DNA of 64,000 bases from Geosiphon pyriformis uo1. Its lineage: Eukaryota; Fungi; Glomeromycota. The stretch lies in assembly GCA_016748015.1 (NCBI GenBank), contig JAAOMT010000515.1:392665-456664 (forward strand), written 5' to 3'. The first letter of the stretch is position 1; each line of letters starts with the position of its first letter. Positions 24,820-36,991 of this stretch are shown here, piece after piece. Made by a program: the position numbers and the translations under genes. Below the pieces are notes generated by a model. That model was given only the letters and a program-made list of their open reading frames with translations. It had not been told where the DNA came from and did no database searches.

Positions 24820-27800
24820 ATCAGATTTGACTGGTTGTTTTGAAGCTTGGATTAAAATAGTTATATAAAATGGATTTAGAAATTTTTTGCTAAAATCAAA
24901 GTAATAAAATTATGTTTTTTATTTTTAAATCATTAAAATGCAAGTTTTTTATTTAAATAAGAAAAAGTTGTAAAATTTTAGTGAAATTGAATAAAATTGA
25001 AGTATATATATATATCGAAAAGTCAGATTTTGAACTGGGAACCTGTTTATCAATTTTCGGGAAATTATTTTGTATAGCATAAATGATCAAGATTATAACA
25101 TTGTTTAAATATTATTATAAAGTTAAAGGTGATTATGAAATTGATTTTCTTTTACTATTTCTTGATACATGACATTTAGAAACTTTTAATTGCAGAGGGT
25201 TTTCGATCATTGTAATAGCGGCTAAAATGATTTTTTTTTAATTTATTATCCCTTTTTACCAGATTGGTTGAATATATTGATAACCATATTTGTGACAAGT
25301 AGATTATGTCAGGTATTTCATGAATTATTAATGTACATGTATATCGGAAAATTAATTTAATTTTGAAAATTAAAAATTTTTACCATACTCATTTGCGCCC
25401 CGTTAGACCCTGTTATCAAAATATGGATATTAAAAATCGTGTATATCAGTTAAAAAAATATTCCTTGCTAATTTTTCTACTTTGGAGCGACAATTATTCC
25501 TTTTTTTGATCAATATCGTTTTCTATTATTTAAGCAAGAATTTAAACCAATAAGAGCCGGAATATTGTGATTTTCTGATGATATTAAGAAAGATTTATGC
25601 ACATTCTATGAACTCATCAACATTTTAATTTTAAAGTTGCAATAAATATTTCATTTTAAATTTTTATTCATGAGAGATTTTTCCTCTCTTTTAGCCATAA
25701 TTAAATTTTTCATTTGCAAGTATTCTCGATAAGGTAGCTCATAATTCTAAGATCTTAGCAAGATTTATCAGAAAAATCGTCAATTTTCAATGCCTATTTC
25801 AAACAGGTATTTGATATATAAGCTGAAAAGTAGATAATCAAAATTAAGAAAGCAATTGTTCTATAAAATTATTCCTCAAAAAGATTAAGTAAAAAAATCT
25901 TCCCTGCAAAAATATATCATATTTAATTAATCCATAAAAAGTTATGATTGCATCTGTTACCAAAATTTGGAGAAATCTACATAGTTTTTTCTATATTGGA
26001 TGGTAATCTGAATGCGATAAAATGTTTGTAAAATCAAAAAGATTGAGTTTTTAATGAGAGGAAATCTAGCATTTTCAATCTTAGGTTTCAATTTTTTTAA
26101 TAATCTTCCGTTCTGCATATTCATTTCACAGATGTGAAAACCCTATCCACAAATTACTCAATAGGTTCAATCGAATTACTTCAAATATTAATAAAAATTT
26201 GATTTATATTAAATGCATTTCTCTATTTTTTTTTTGCGATTCAAAACACAAGATCTTGCAGAAAGAGACATAAGAGGTCATTTCTTAAACGCATTATTAG
26301 ATAAGAATTACTCGGGTCAAAAACTCCTAAAAATTTTACTTAGTTTGGTAATTTGGCTTGCATTTCTTTGTTGTCAAAGAGTTTTTGAGTGAAACGTCTG
26401 AAAATTGAGCACATAATTTGTGACCGTTAATGTTTTCTGTAACCAAAAATTGTGATAATAAAAAAATTTTGTATAACCTGGTCAATTATAGCTTCAAGTT
26501 AGACGATTTAACTGCAAGAATTCAACAGTGAGGAGTACAAAAGCATATGCGATAGAAAAAAATGCCAAGTGATATAATATTTTTGTTTTGAGATTATTTA
26601 GCCTCTTTTTTTGCTTATTTAAAATTTTGAACTTCAGAACTTTTAGTATGCAAGATTAGTTGTTAAATTTTAATGGCTAATCAAGGAGAATTTTTGACAA
26701 GTAGCAAATTACTAAATCCATGAAGATTTACAAAAGTAATATTAACGAAAAACAGCTAAAATTTAATAATCAATTTCCAGCATCCAAGGTTTTTTCAAAT
26801 TGGATGTGTTAATAAGTTGAAAAACTTTTTTTCTTCCAAATTTAAACCTCCACATATCAAATTTTTAAGAAATTCTAAGAGCTAGTTGCCATTACTTTTT
26901 CCAAGACCTGTAAACCGAATTTTAATACGACAAATTGCAAATCATAATATTTTTCAAACAAAAAACCCAAATGCTATCGAAAAAGATATTTAAAAAAACA
27001 CCTTGTATACAAAAAAACGGTAAGCTAGCATTAAACATACTTTTATTCGAAGGATAGTCGAAAAGTTAGTCCATATAGAAGAGGTGTTGGGAGTATATAC
27101 TGTTTGTGACGTTTACTAACTTTTGATTTTTTTGTGCTTGATTGTACCTACCAGCGAATATCAAAATTTCAAATTTCATACCGCTTTTTGTCATTGAAAT
27201 TCTCTTTAGAAAAACAAAGAGTCAAAATCTTGTATTACCCTCTATTTAAACTTACAAAAATTTGTGTCTCCAAAATATTTCTCTGAAGGACTAAATTTTT
27301 AAATTCGCGAAATTAGGAAGCTCTTTAATAAATAAATATTTGTAGAACAATATCTCTCATCAGGAGTCTTTAAAAAACTTAAATTACTGCTTTTGAAGAA
27401 GCAAATTCTTTTGGGTAGGGTAAAATAGAATTGTCATTCCGCGAATTGCCTTGATTCTTATCATAGGGATTCTGTAATTTATCAAAGAAGGAAATAAAGA
27501 AGTTTAGAAGATTTACTAAATGTCTATTGATAGCTCTGTTATAGTTGTGAAATCAAAAAAGTCCAATGGAAAGTGTGCAATGACAAATAAAAATGTCTCA
27601 AGTTTTTCACTCATGTAACTTTTGCAATTTTTTTAATTGGTTTTGAGAATAGAGTTATTTATTTATCATCACAGTTTTGCCATTTACAATATAATATATT
27701 TTTGTCTGATTTTACAAAGTTTTCTGCATAATTTATTGAATATGTAAAACTGCCCTATATACTCTGCATATTTTTTTCTTCAGTTTTTGACTCTTTAACT

Positions 27801-29149
27801 TTTTTATCAGCTTTTATTGACTTTGTTCAAAAATGCCTTTTTAGTATAAAATATTTCTAAATTCAGATATTGCTTTTGTATTAAGATTTTTAACTTAAGA
27901 TCAAAACATTTATAAACAAAGATTTGTTTTTTTTCTATATTTGAATTTTTATTAAATTGGTTAATAATTTCAGACATATTTTTTGTTAGATATTTGTTTA
28001 AATTGAAAACTGTTTGCAAATCATCTATTTTTTTTTCAATTTAAGAACAGTAGAATTCTAATTGTATATTTAATTACTAACTTTAAAAATAAAAAAATAC
28101 TGATTTTTACGTAAAATTGAATTTCTTGATGTTTTATTGTTAAATTTAATTATCAATTTTATTTAAATTATTTTTTATATAATAAGCCCAATCAAGTTTT
28201 ACAAGCCTAGAATTGATAATTTAGATACTTAAAAACGCAAATTACAGTATTATACTATTATAATAATTGATTTCTACGACCAAACTTCTTAATATAAATT
28301 TTACACAAAGTAAAATTAATTATTATAAACTGTAAATATGAGCCATATGTCGCAGAATGAGAGTTTTATTTATATAAAGAATCAATGAAATAAAGGAATA
28401 GCATTAATATTAATTAAATTCAAGATTTTCGCTAATAGTAAAAAAGTTGTATATAAATAACTTATTCATAAAATATAATGTACGTAAAAAATTTTAATAA
28501 TATAATTAATTGAAAAAATAATTAACTTATAGATAATTATAAAAGAATAGATAAATTAGTTTATTAACTAAATTTTATTAGTACAAATCTAATATTCAAA
28601 ATGGTTTTTTGATTTGACTCAAGCAGAGTTTTTAAAATATGTTTTAAACACAACTTATATAGTTTACAAAGTTTTTTTTATATGATCAATGAACAATTAT
28701 AGCTATAATCTCTTTTAAAAAAATTGCTTTTCAAATTTTGCAAAACTAAAAATTCGTAAATTTTATTATTTATTCAGTTTTTAATTCTTATTTATATTGA
28801 AAGGTTTCAAACAGCAACCTAGAATAAGTATTACTTAACATATTTAAAACTTACTATGTTTAAATTATTTTTATCCTTTTATTAAAAATGATTCAAATAT
28901 GAAATTATTACAATTGTCACAAAAATTATTTCAATAAATCAATGAAATAACATCTGGAAAATCCAACAAAAATATTACTAACAAAAATTTGATGGATATT
29001 TTATCTTATACAACTATTTTTATATATAATTCACAATATTTAATATAACAAAAAAATTAATTTGTTACTAAAACTTTCAAAGATTGCTATTATGTTTGAT
29101 GCTATTTATCAAAGGCTTTAATTTATATCTCATCCCAGAAGTTACCTTG

Positions 29150-30480
29150 GTCATCATCATGGAACTCCCATGTTTTATCAGAGGGAGAAATAAAAAAACC
29201 CAGAATATTTGCCAAATGTTCTTTGATAGCCCCACTAAAGTTGAGAAACTCCAAAAAAGTTCACCCCGAAGTTGCTCAAAATTTTGCGTTTGCGACTTTT
29301 ACGAATTGGCGAAACCTCCCTGAGTTGACATTGAAATACATGTTGCCAATATAGAGAGATCCGCTTTTGTTGAGGGTGTTTAAGATCTGAAACATATTGT
29401 GGTCCTGGTTCGGAGGTACCAGATGCCGGGTGGCGTGAATCTGCTACGGATGCTACCCAATGTTTTCACTTGGATGATGATAAATGAAAATGCGTTGTTC
29501 AGCTGAATTTCTGCACTGAATGATACTTTTTCAACTAGTCCTCATTACGAACATATGTGATATGAATGAAATGACTAAATGCTACTGTAGTATGCTGAAA
29601 GTTCTCTTAAAAACCATTACTTTAGGCTCTAATAGACTCAAAAATTCCACCAGCTCAATTTCAGATGTGTCCCACGTACAGACCTCGCTGCAAGAATTAA
29701 GTTAATTCGCGCTACAAGTTCTCCCCTAAGATCTGCAGCTACTAAACCCTTTTTCAGGATGTCATTAAAAGCTCTAAGGACATTCAATTTTCTGTCTTCT
29801 GAAATTGCGACGTATGTTGCTATATGTGACCCAAAAAACTCAGAAGCAATTGTTAATTGTGGTGAGATGTCTAGACAAGCGATTAATTACAAAAGATAAA
29901 TGCCGCATTGCTTTGCTTAAAGGAATTCGTTCCTCCAAGAAGCTTTGTCTTCAAAAATGATGTGAGTCCTATGAGAGACAATTGAAGGTGAGAGATATTT
30001 ACTCTGCAGATGGTGGTATATCAATATTATGTCTAGTTTTGCCAATTCAAGAGTTTGGAAGATATCACTCATTATAAGCTTATTTAAAGGGTAAAGGAAG
30101 TTAGGTAGCTCTCTTTTTTTTTTTTTTAAAGATGGGTTCAATGACGAAGGTGGTACGAAGTTAGAAATTTTGCTGAATTGTTCTATAAAAAGTCCAAAGA
30201 AACCATTCCAGCTAATTTGTCTCATCCCCTTCTGAATACCCGAAATAAGGTGTTATTTTCTTTCGTTGGTAGAAGATCTATGATATATCGGGTTTCGTCA
30301 ACACATAAGACAATTTTGACTTTGACGTTATCAGTTGAGAACGGAAAACTTTTATTTGAGAGCCTTACCTTTTGTTTCAAGAGTTTTCCAGTCTTTAGCA
30401 GCACTCGATTCCTAGAGAACATCAGACCATTTTTTGCTTATTTGCTTTTCCCAAGGCTTCTCAGGTGACATTTTAAGAGA
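29150..30480 (-). pseudogene. Crinkler-type effector relic (NTPase-like + restriction-endonuclease-like domains)
   Basis: Frameshifted and stop-interrupted segments: KIVLCVDE (Walker-B-like), TLFRVFRRG-MRQISW-GFFGLF..SKISNFVPP..NPSL, LDISPQLTIASEFFGSH, GLVAADLRGELVARI, FSHFIHITY, FIIIQVK (QxK nuclease-like motif). Family assigned from recalled motifs. Confidence 0.6.
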
Positions 30481-31074
30481 GATTTGTTAGAATTTTGAGA
30501 TAACATGCCAAAGGTGAAACATAAATTGCCATTCTTTTCTAAGGTACGTGTTTGCTGTTGATGTACTCATTAAACGATCAATCATGCTTTACATGGTAGA
30601 TTGAAGGTTTTTGCCAAGTGAGCTATGCGGGTCGCAACTGTCGGTCTTCTTCTATCCTCCCAATATTAGTTGTTAGGTACAATCGACCATAAAAAAACGA
30701 AAGATATGTTTAATTGGAGTTAGTAAAGTTTAATAAGCTTTATTTTTAAATTGTTAGTCTTTTCACGATAAACTTATAAGGATACATTTTCAACCCAAAA
30801 ATCAAAGATAAATTATGTGGTAACAAGCAAAACTTTTATATGATAATACAAGTATCAGTGAACGGTCTTATTTATTTTAGACGATAATTTCATCAATCTT
30901 TAAGAATAAAGATATGTTTTCTAATATAATTTAATACAATTTAGTTTTAAAAAATGGGTTTAAAATAACTTTATTTAATTCAATTAAAAAAATACTACTT
31001 TTTTATATAAATTACTTGAAAAATACAAAATTCTCGAAAAATTAACATTTAATTAAATTTAATAGCAAATTACA

Positions 31075-31196
31075 GTACGATGAATTTGAAAAGATTCAAA
31101 GTGCTACAGTTCGAAAAAGGAAGGAAAATATTCGACCGATTATAGAGATTGGTAATGAAGTTTAAATTGTTTTTACTGGACATGGTGTTGGTAGAG
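31075..31196 (+). pseudogene. Lipase class 3 exon relic
   Basis: IVFTGHGVGR at 31166-31195, followed by a phase-1 GT donor at the same position as in the gene at 291-1772. In-frame stop just upstream. Confidence 0.55.
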
Positions 31197-32050
31197 GTAA
31201 ATGCCATTGAATTTATGTTATTTTTCATATTTCCAAACATATTTACACAGCGATCTGTTAAGATTGCCCAGAGGTAAAGTTATTGATTTATTCCGGTATT
31301 TTATACGAATTCTCACTTAGTAAGCTTTGTAAATAATGATGAGAATCCAGTAAGTTTTTTGAACTCTGTTAAAAAATAAATGCTAAGCAATTCAATTTGA
31401 AATACAATTTTGAAATCTTATTCCAATTCTCTTATTGTGCTTTCATATTAGTATTGTAGCCGCCAGGGTTTCACGTATTTTCAGCGATACCAGAATATAT
31501 CTCTTAGTTTGGTCTGTATTTCGAAATTTATGGTGAAAAAGCTGATTATTTAATTTCTTAGCAACTTTAAGTACTATTAAATAGGTTTGCCTCAAGTATT
31601 TTTAGAGTAAATGAAGTGATTGTTATTTTTGCGAAATTTGAGAACTTCAGTTTTATATTCATAATAGAATATTTTATCTAAAATCTAAGATCAAATAGCC
31701 AAAATAAAGTTCAAAAACTTGAATTTATATTTAGCGATTGAGCCGTATTGAAGAAAATTAATTCTCTAGAAGCCTAAGATTTTTTGAAAAAAATACAACT
31801 GTGAAAAGGAATTTCAGAGTAATCTCTTAAAAACAAATGATAATCAAGACTCTTTATCAATTGAGCTAATCTCCTTACTTGACGATTAAAAAATGTTACA
31901 TGCCCTTTTCATCCTTCCTACTGATTTTATTAATAAAATTGATTCTGACTTTGATAGTAGTATAAACCAACGCCGAATATATACTTCCAGTTCTTAGACC
32001 AAAATTTTTCAAAACGTCCCATATTCATGACTGGCCATTTAATATTTCAG

Positions 32051-33542
32051 AGATATCCATTTATCTTGATGATGGGGAGGTCAAAAACATATCGACAGTT
32101 AATGGAAAATACCCCTGCCCTACAATAGCAGCATTTAAAAATGATTGGGTTCGAGTCAGGGTAAAGAATCTTCTTTCAACAGATGAAAAGATTACCATAC
32201 ATTGGCATGAAATTTTGTTGAAATCTACCCCATAGTTTGATGGTGTCCCTGACATTTTACAATGTGGGAATACCGAGGAATAAAGTTTTATTGTATGATT
32301 TTAAAGTTCTGAATCCTGGAAGGTATTGGTGATATGCTTAATTGTGAATGCTTTCTTTTTGCGAAGAACGATTCGATCAGAATATTTTCTCATAAAAATA
32401 TTATTGATTCAGGTATTCCATTTTTAGAGGCTCATCTTTCAAAGGTTTAATCGGACCAATTATAATTCATGATCCTAAAGATCCTCATTCAAGGGAATGC
32501 GATGAAAAATTTATTATTATACTTTCGGATTGGTTTCATGTAATATCAAATAGTCTAGAAAGTAAAAATTTAAGAATTTTTTCCTTATAATCCGCCCTCT
32601 AATTACATGATACGGAACTTGCTAGTCACATCTCTTAAACGCTAGTTATACCCGACAGCTGGGCTAATTAATGGTAAAAATGGAATTGATTGTGCACATT
32701 CCAAATGTGATTCGAATTCTAGTTTTGCGAAATTCAAGTTTGAACAAGGAAAAAGATATCGCTTACGCATAATTAATTCCAGGCAAAACTATATCTATTT
32801 TGTAGATGTATAATTATTACCCATTAAATTCCAAAATTTATATAAAGTCCACAGTTATTTTCAAGTTTTCAATAGATGATCATATATTGAATTTGATGAA
32901 ATTGAGGGCTTCCTTCTCATTTCAACTCATTTTCGAATTATTCCACTTTGCTCCTAGACAAAGAGTATCAGTAATTCTCAAAGCTATAAACCAATCAGAA
33001 TTGATTGGATGAAACCTAATATTGATTCGAGCTGCTATTTTAGAAATCCTGGAAAAACAAAATTAAATCCAAATTTCAACGCAATTATTCATTATGATGG
33101 CACTGAAAAAGATGTGAAGGCTACAACCAAATCTTGGACAGATGATCTTGAAGCATGCATTTGGATCTGGAGAAATTGAGTGCTTTACATTGAAGGCCAG
33201 AAATATAGGGAATCATACTGCAAACAATATGACACTAAACACAAAGACACCCATCATGCATTACACGGTCGTAGTTCCAAATAGTGAAAATGTTGTTCTG
33301 CGTCTTCGTGCAGATAATCCAGGCCCATGGGAATTTTGTTCACGTGCGTATTTTCCAAGTGAATTCCTGTTTAATTGAGCATTTCGATGACTAAATAAAA
33401 TTCAATTAATTATTTTATCATCTTAAAAGAAATTCATTGGCAGCTTGCACCTGGAATGTCAGTTCAGTTTCTTGAATTACCCAGCAGAATGAAGTAACTC
33501 TATTTTTCGCAAAAAATTAGAGATCTATGCTTTGAATTCTAA
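32051..33542 (+). pseudogene. Multicopper oxidase (laccase/Fet3-like) pseudogene
   Basis: TVNGKYPCPTI, TIHWHE (for HWHG), P*FDGVPDILQC, PGRYW, GLIGPIIIHDP, ILSDWFH, GLINGK, GKRYRLRIINS, LRLRADNPGPWEF, HWQLAPGMSVQFLE. Contains in-frame stops, degraded Cu-binding His motifs and a large deletion in domain 3. Confidence 0.85.
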
Positions 33543-34886
33543 GAAAGAAAAATAATTCAGTATTTTAGACCTGCCGGCTCATGTAATAAAATTTACTTGG
33601 TCTTCATCTCGTTGTTTCTCTAATTATATTGTTTTACATAAAGATTTAAAAGTATTCGAATTATTATTTGGACGTTTTTTCTCGCGCACACGAAATCGTT
33701 TGATTCAATGGAGTATGCTTTTTAAAATAAAAAACGTTCCCATTTAGAACCTTTAAAGATAAATTGTCTGATATTTTGTTATTTTTGAAATGGCATTATA
33801 TTTTATATGAGAAAGCCAATACATTTACTAAATTAAAAATTAAATTCTTTTTCCTATAAATCAAAAAATTACTGCTTATATTTCATAATTTTCTTTGAAA
33901 ATAGAGATTTCGTCTCAATTTGGCCAAAAGATAAGTTCATTCCTTTAAACGAAATCTTTTTTTTAATATTTGAAAAATATCAAGTTGTTTCTTTATAGTG
34001 TTAGATTTATTATTAAAGTAAAAATGGGTTAAAAATTTTTTTTTACAATTTCAATTATTATGCTATTTTGAATCAGAGATTGATAAAATAAATGATGGTA
34101 AGTGCGATTATCGAAATCACCCCCAACTATAATAAAAATTTTTCACCGATCTTTGGATTATGCAATTACGGCTTTGGCCAACTATAATAAAAGAATTTCT
34201 CATTAATGGAAAGATCACTTCTGACTGAATAACAGTGTTTAAAATTACAAAATTTGATTTTATTAATTAACAAAAAACTTTCATTCTCAACCAAATTTGT
34301 TAACATGTGGTGTGACACATTTTTGAGGAGTTGAAAAACCGGTTGTTGTTGTTGTTGTTGTTTAACAATTCTTTTTATAAGTTTTTCACATATTTTTCTG
34401 TTATGCAAATATTATCACTTATTTATACAATAATCTAATGTTTCCGAGTTTTGTTGAATGTTTTTATTTTTTGAATAGGGGGAAAGATTAAATAAATAAA
34501 TAATATGTATATGTGAATTTAGATGTATATTTTAATCACATCTATAAAAGAGTTCCTATAAAGATTTTTAATAAATGACGAATAGCATGCAGCGCACTAA
34601 TTCCCCAAATTATTTTTTAATGCTTCATTGTCACTTTCCAAACAAATGGAAATAATGAAAAGGAAAAATTTTTGCGGGTGACATTTATTTGAATTATTTA
34701 CTCCTTAATCCTTCTATTATTAGTTATCAACACTTTTTTGAAAAATGGTTTAGTCTACGTGATTACTAAAATAGAACAAAACGTCCTCAATAATGTCTTT
34801 ACTGCTCAGCCAATAGGTAAAAGCCTCGATCTTTTCTAAATTGAGAAGGTTGATTAACGCTCAAATCTTTCAATGTAACAATTGTT

Positions 34887-34907
34887 TACTACTACTACTA
34901 CTACTAT

Positions 34908-34938
<31 letters not shown>
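34887..34938. repeat. (TAC)n microsatellite
   Basis: About 17 units. Confidence 0.9.
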
Positions 34939-34939
<1 letters not shown>

Positions 34940-35487
34940 AAAACAATCAATTCAACTTATAAATTTTGAACGCATTCCAATTTCAAAAAGAAATTATTTC
35001 AGTATTCAAAAATATTCATTTTTTTTAACAAAATTTTGGGGATGGTATAATATTTAATATTTATCTTGACAGTTATTTTCTAAAATTATATATATAAATC
35101 ATCTTATACTTATTTTAATTAAGAGAATTTATTCGAATAAACAGGTATCAAAAATCAAATAATCTTTGGTTTTTAAATTTAAGTTAATAATAGACAATGA
35201 TCTCTTATTTTAAAAATTATTTTACAAAAATAAAAAATCCAGATCAAAAAATATTTGATATTTGTTTTTTTTTTTAATTTCTTGGTCCAATTTTTATTAT
35301 AATCTGATGAATTATACCAGCTTTGTAAAAGTAATCAAATTATTTATCAAAATTCAGATTTTTTACTAATTTATTTACATTGTTCATTTTATTTTTTATT
35401 TATTTGTTATTATTATTATTATTATTATAAATGGATAACTATTCAAAGATTCATATTTAAGGGCAAAAAATCTTTTTTAATAAAAAG

Positions 35488-35812
35488 GGATTATGTAAAA
35501 ACCTGAAAGCCCTGATTGTGGAAGGGTTGTTATGAAGTTTGCCGAATATGGAGACATGCGGAAATATTTATCACCGGATTTTCTTTTTCCTCGTTGAGTG
35601 GTTGGGTAAGTGAGTGAGTGAGTGAGTGAGTGAGTGAGTGAGTGAGTGAGTGAGTGAGTGAGTGGGTGAATGAGTGAGTGGGTGGTGAATGGTTGGGTGG
35701 GTGAGTAAGTGAGTGAGTGGGTGGGGAAATTATTTATAGCCTTAGGAATTTAATACACTCGAGCAATTTAATGAGGCAATTGCATCAAAAGGGATATTTG
35801 GAGTGATTCTGT
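35488..35812 (+). pseudogene. Protein kinase (TKL-like) relic interrupted by a (GAGT)n microsatellite
   Basis: VMKFAEYGDMRKYLS (35529-35573, hinge/subdomain V) and, after the repeat, KGIFGVI. Confidence 0.6.
35596..35722. repeat. (GAGT)n/(GGGT)n tetranucleotide repeat
   Basis: About 14 perfect GAGT units plus degenerate flanks. Confidence 0.9.
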
Positions 35813-36333
35813 AATTTTTTTCTCTAAATATAGCATATAGTAAAAAAGTGTTAAAAAATTCCATATAATTATATTCAAATTTTTAATAAGCTTTTTAAAG
35901 TAACAAAAATAAATCTTTTTTATACTAATTTTTAACCAAAGAATTCATCAATAAAAGGGACTTTCCACAATTAAATTAACTAACCTGTCCTGTCCTGTCC
36001 TGTCCAAAATATCAACCGTTTGCACACAGTTAAAAACTTATTTACGCTGAACCTGGATGAATGATTTTGTTGTTCTCATTATTGTTTTTGTTGTTGTTGT
36101 GTTGTTGGTCTCGTTCTATTCTCTGATTTTTTATTAGCTAAACATTTTACCGAAAGCTTTGTCGTTTTTCCCTTTTTTTCTCTGATTCTTGTACTGTATT
36201 TCAATTATTCAAGTAATATAGGAGGGTGTATGGATTAAAGGAGGTGATTCCGGATTCAAGACCATCAAAAATTCTCATAAGAGGTTGGGTATTTGCACGT
36301 GATTATTATCGAATTTTAGGTGACCAGGAACAT

Positions 36334-36399
36334 GGCCCAACGGATAAAATAAAAACTTGACGATAAATATTTCCACATGTCTCCATGTTTGGCAAACTC
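36334..36399 (-). pseudogene. Second kinase subdomain-V relic
   Basis: Reverse strand reads EFAKHGDMWKYLSSSFYFIRWA, homologous to 35529-35590. Confidence 0.55.
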
Positions 36400-36607
36400 T
36401 GAAGAGATGAACTTGGCTCTTTGAATATTTATTTATCTATAAAAATAAAGGAAATTGAATAAAATAATCAATATAGAAAAATGGGAATAACATAAATTAG
36501 ATTCGTATTCAGATTAACTCGGCTCGTAATATTCTCTAAAAAGCACAAATAACGGAGTTTGGAACGAACTTCGTGAAACAAGCTAATGCTAGTTGCCCGA
36601 TTTCTTA

Positions 36608-36991
36608 TCATCTTAATTCTCTTTCTCGCTGAATTTCTACTCGAATGATTTCACCTCTTAATTCGGCTAATTGTTGATCAGAAAAATTTTCAATTTCTCT
36701 ATTTAATATCTCTGCCCTAATTTTCATTTCTCTTTTATGTCGAAGACTATTCAAAAAACCAAAAATACCGAAACCAACTAAAGCAATAGAAAAAATGACA
36801 ATCGCTATTTTCCCTCCGTCCCCTTTAAAAGTATCAGCATTTTCAAAGCACTCAAGATAGCCTTTGGAATGCTTTTTTGGGTATTTTTTATCACAACTAC
36901 TATGAGAAAAAACAGTGTAAAGACTAAGATAAAGAATTGAACCTAATCCCATTAGAAAGAAAAGAAAAGAAATTATTGAAAATTTATTCAT
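36608..36991 (-). CDS. Small two-TM membrane protein with charged helical C-terminus (127 aa)
   Basis: MNKFSIISFLFFLMGLGSILYLSLY, a loop with 2 Cys, IAIVIFSIALVGFGIFGFL, then an E/R-rich tail. Confidence 0.55.
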   Translation of the reverse strand: MNKFSIISFLFFLMGLGSILYLSLYTVFSHSSCDKKYPKKHSKGYLECFENADTFKGDGGKIAIVIFSIALVGFGIFGFLNSLRHKREMKIRAEILNREIENFSDQQLAELRGEIIRVEIQRERELR

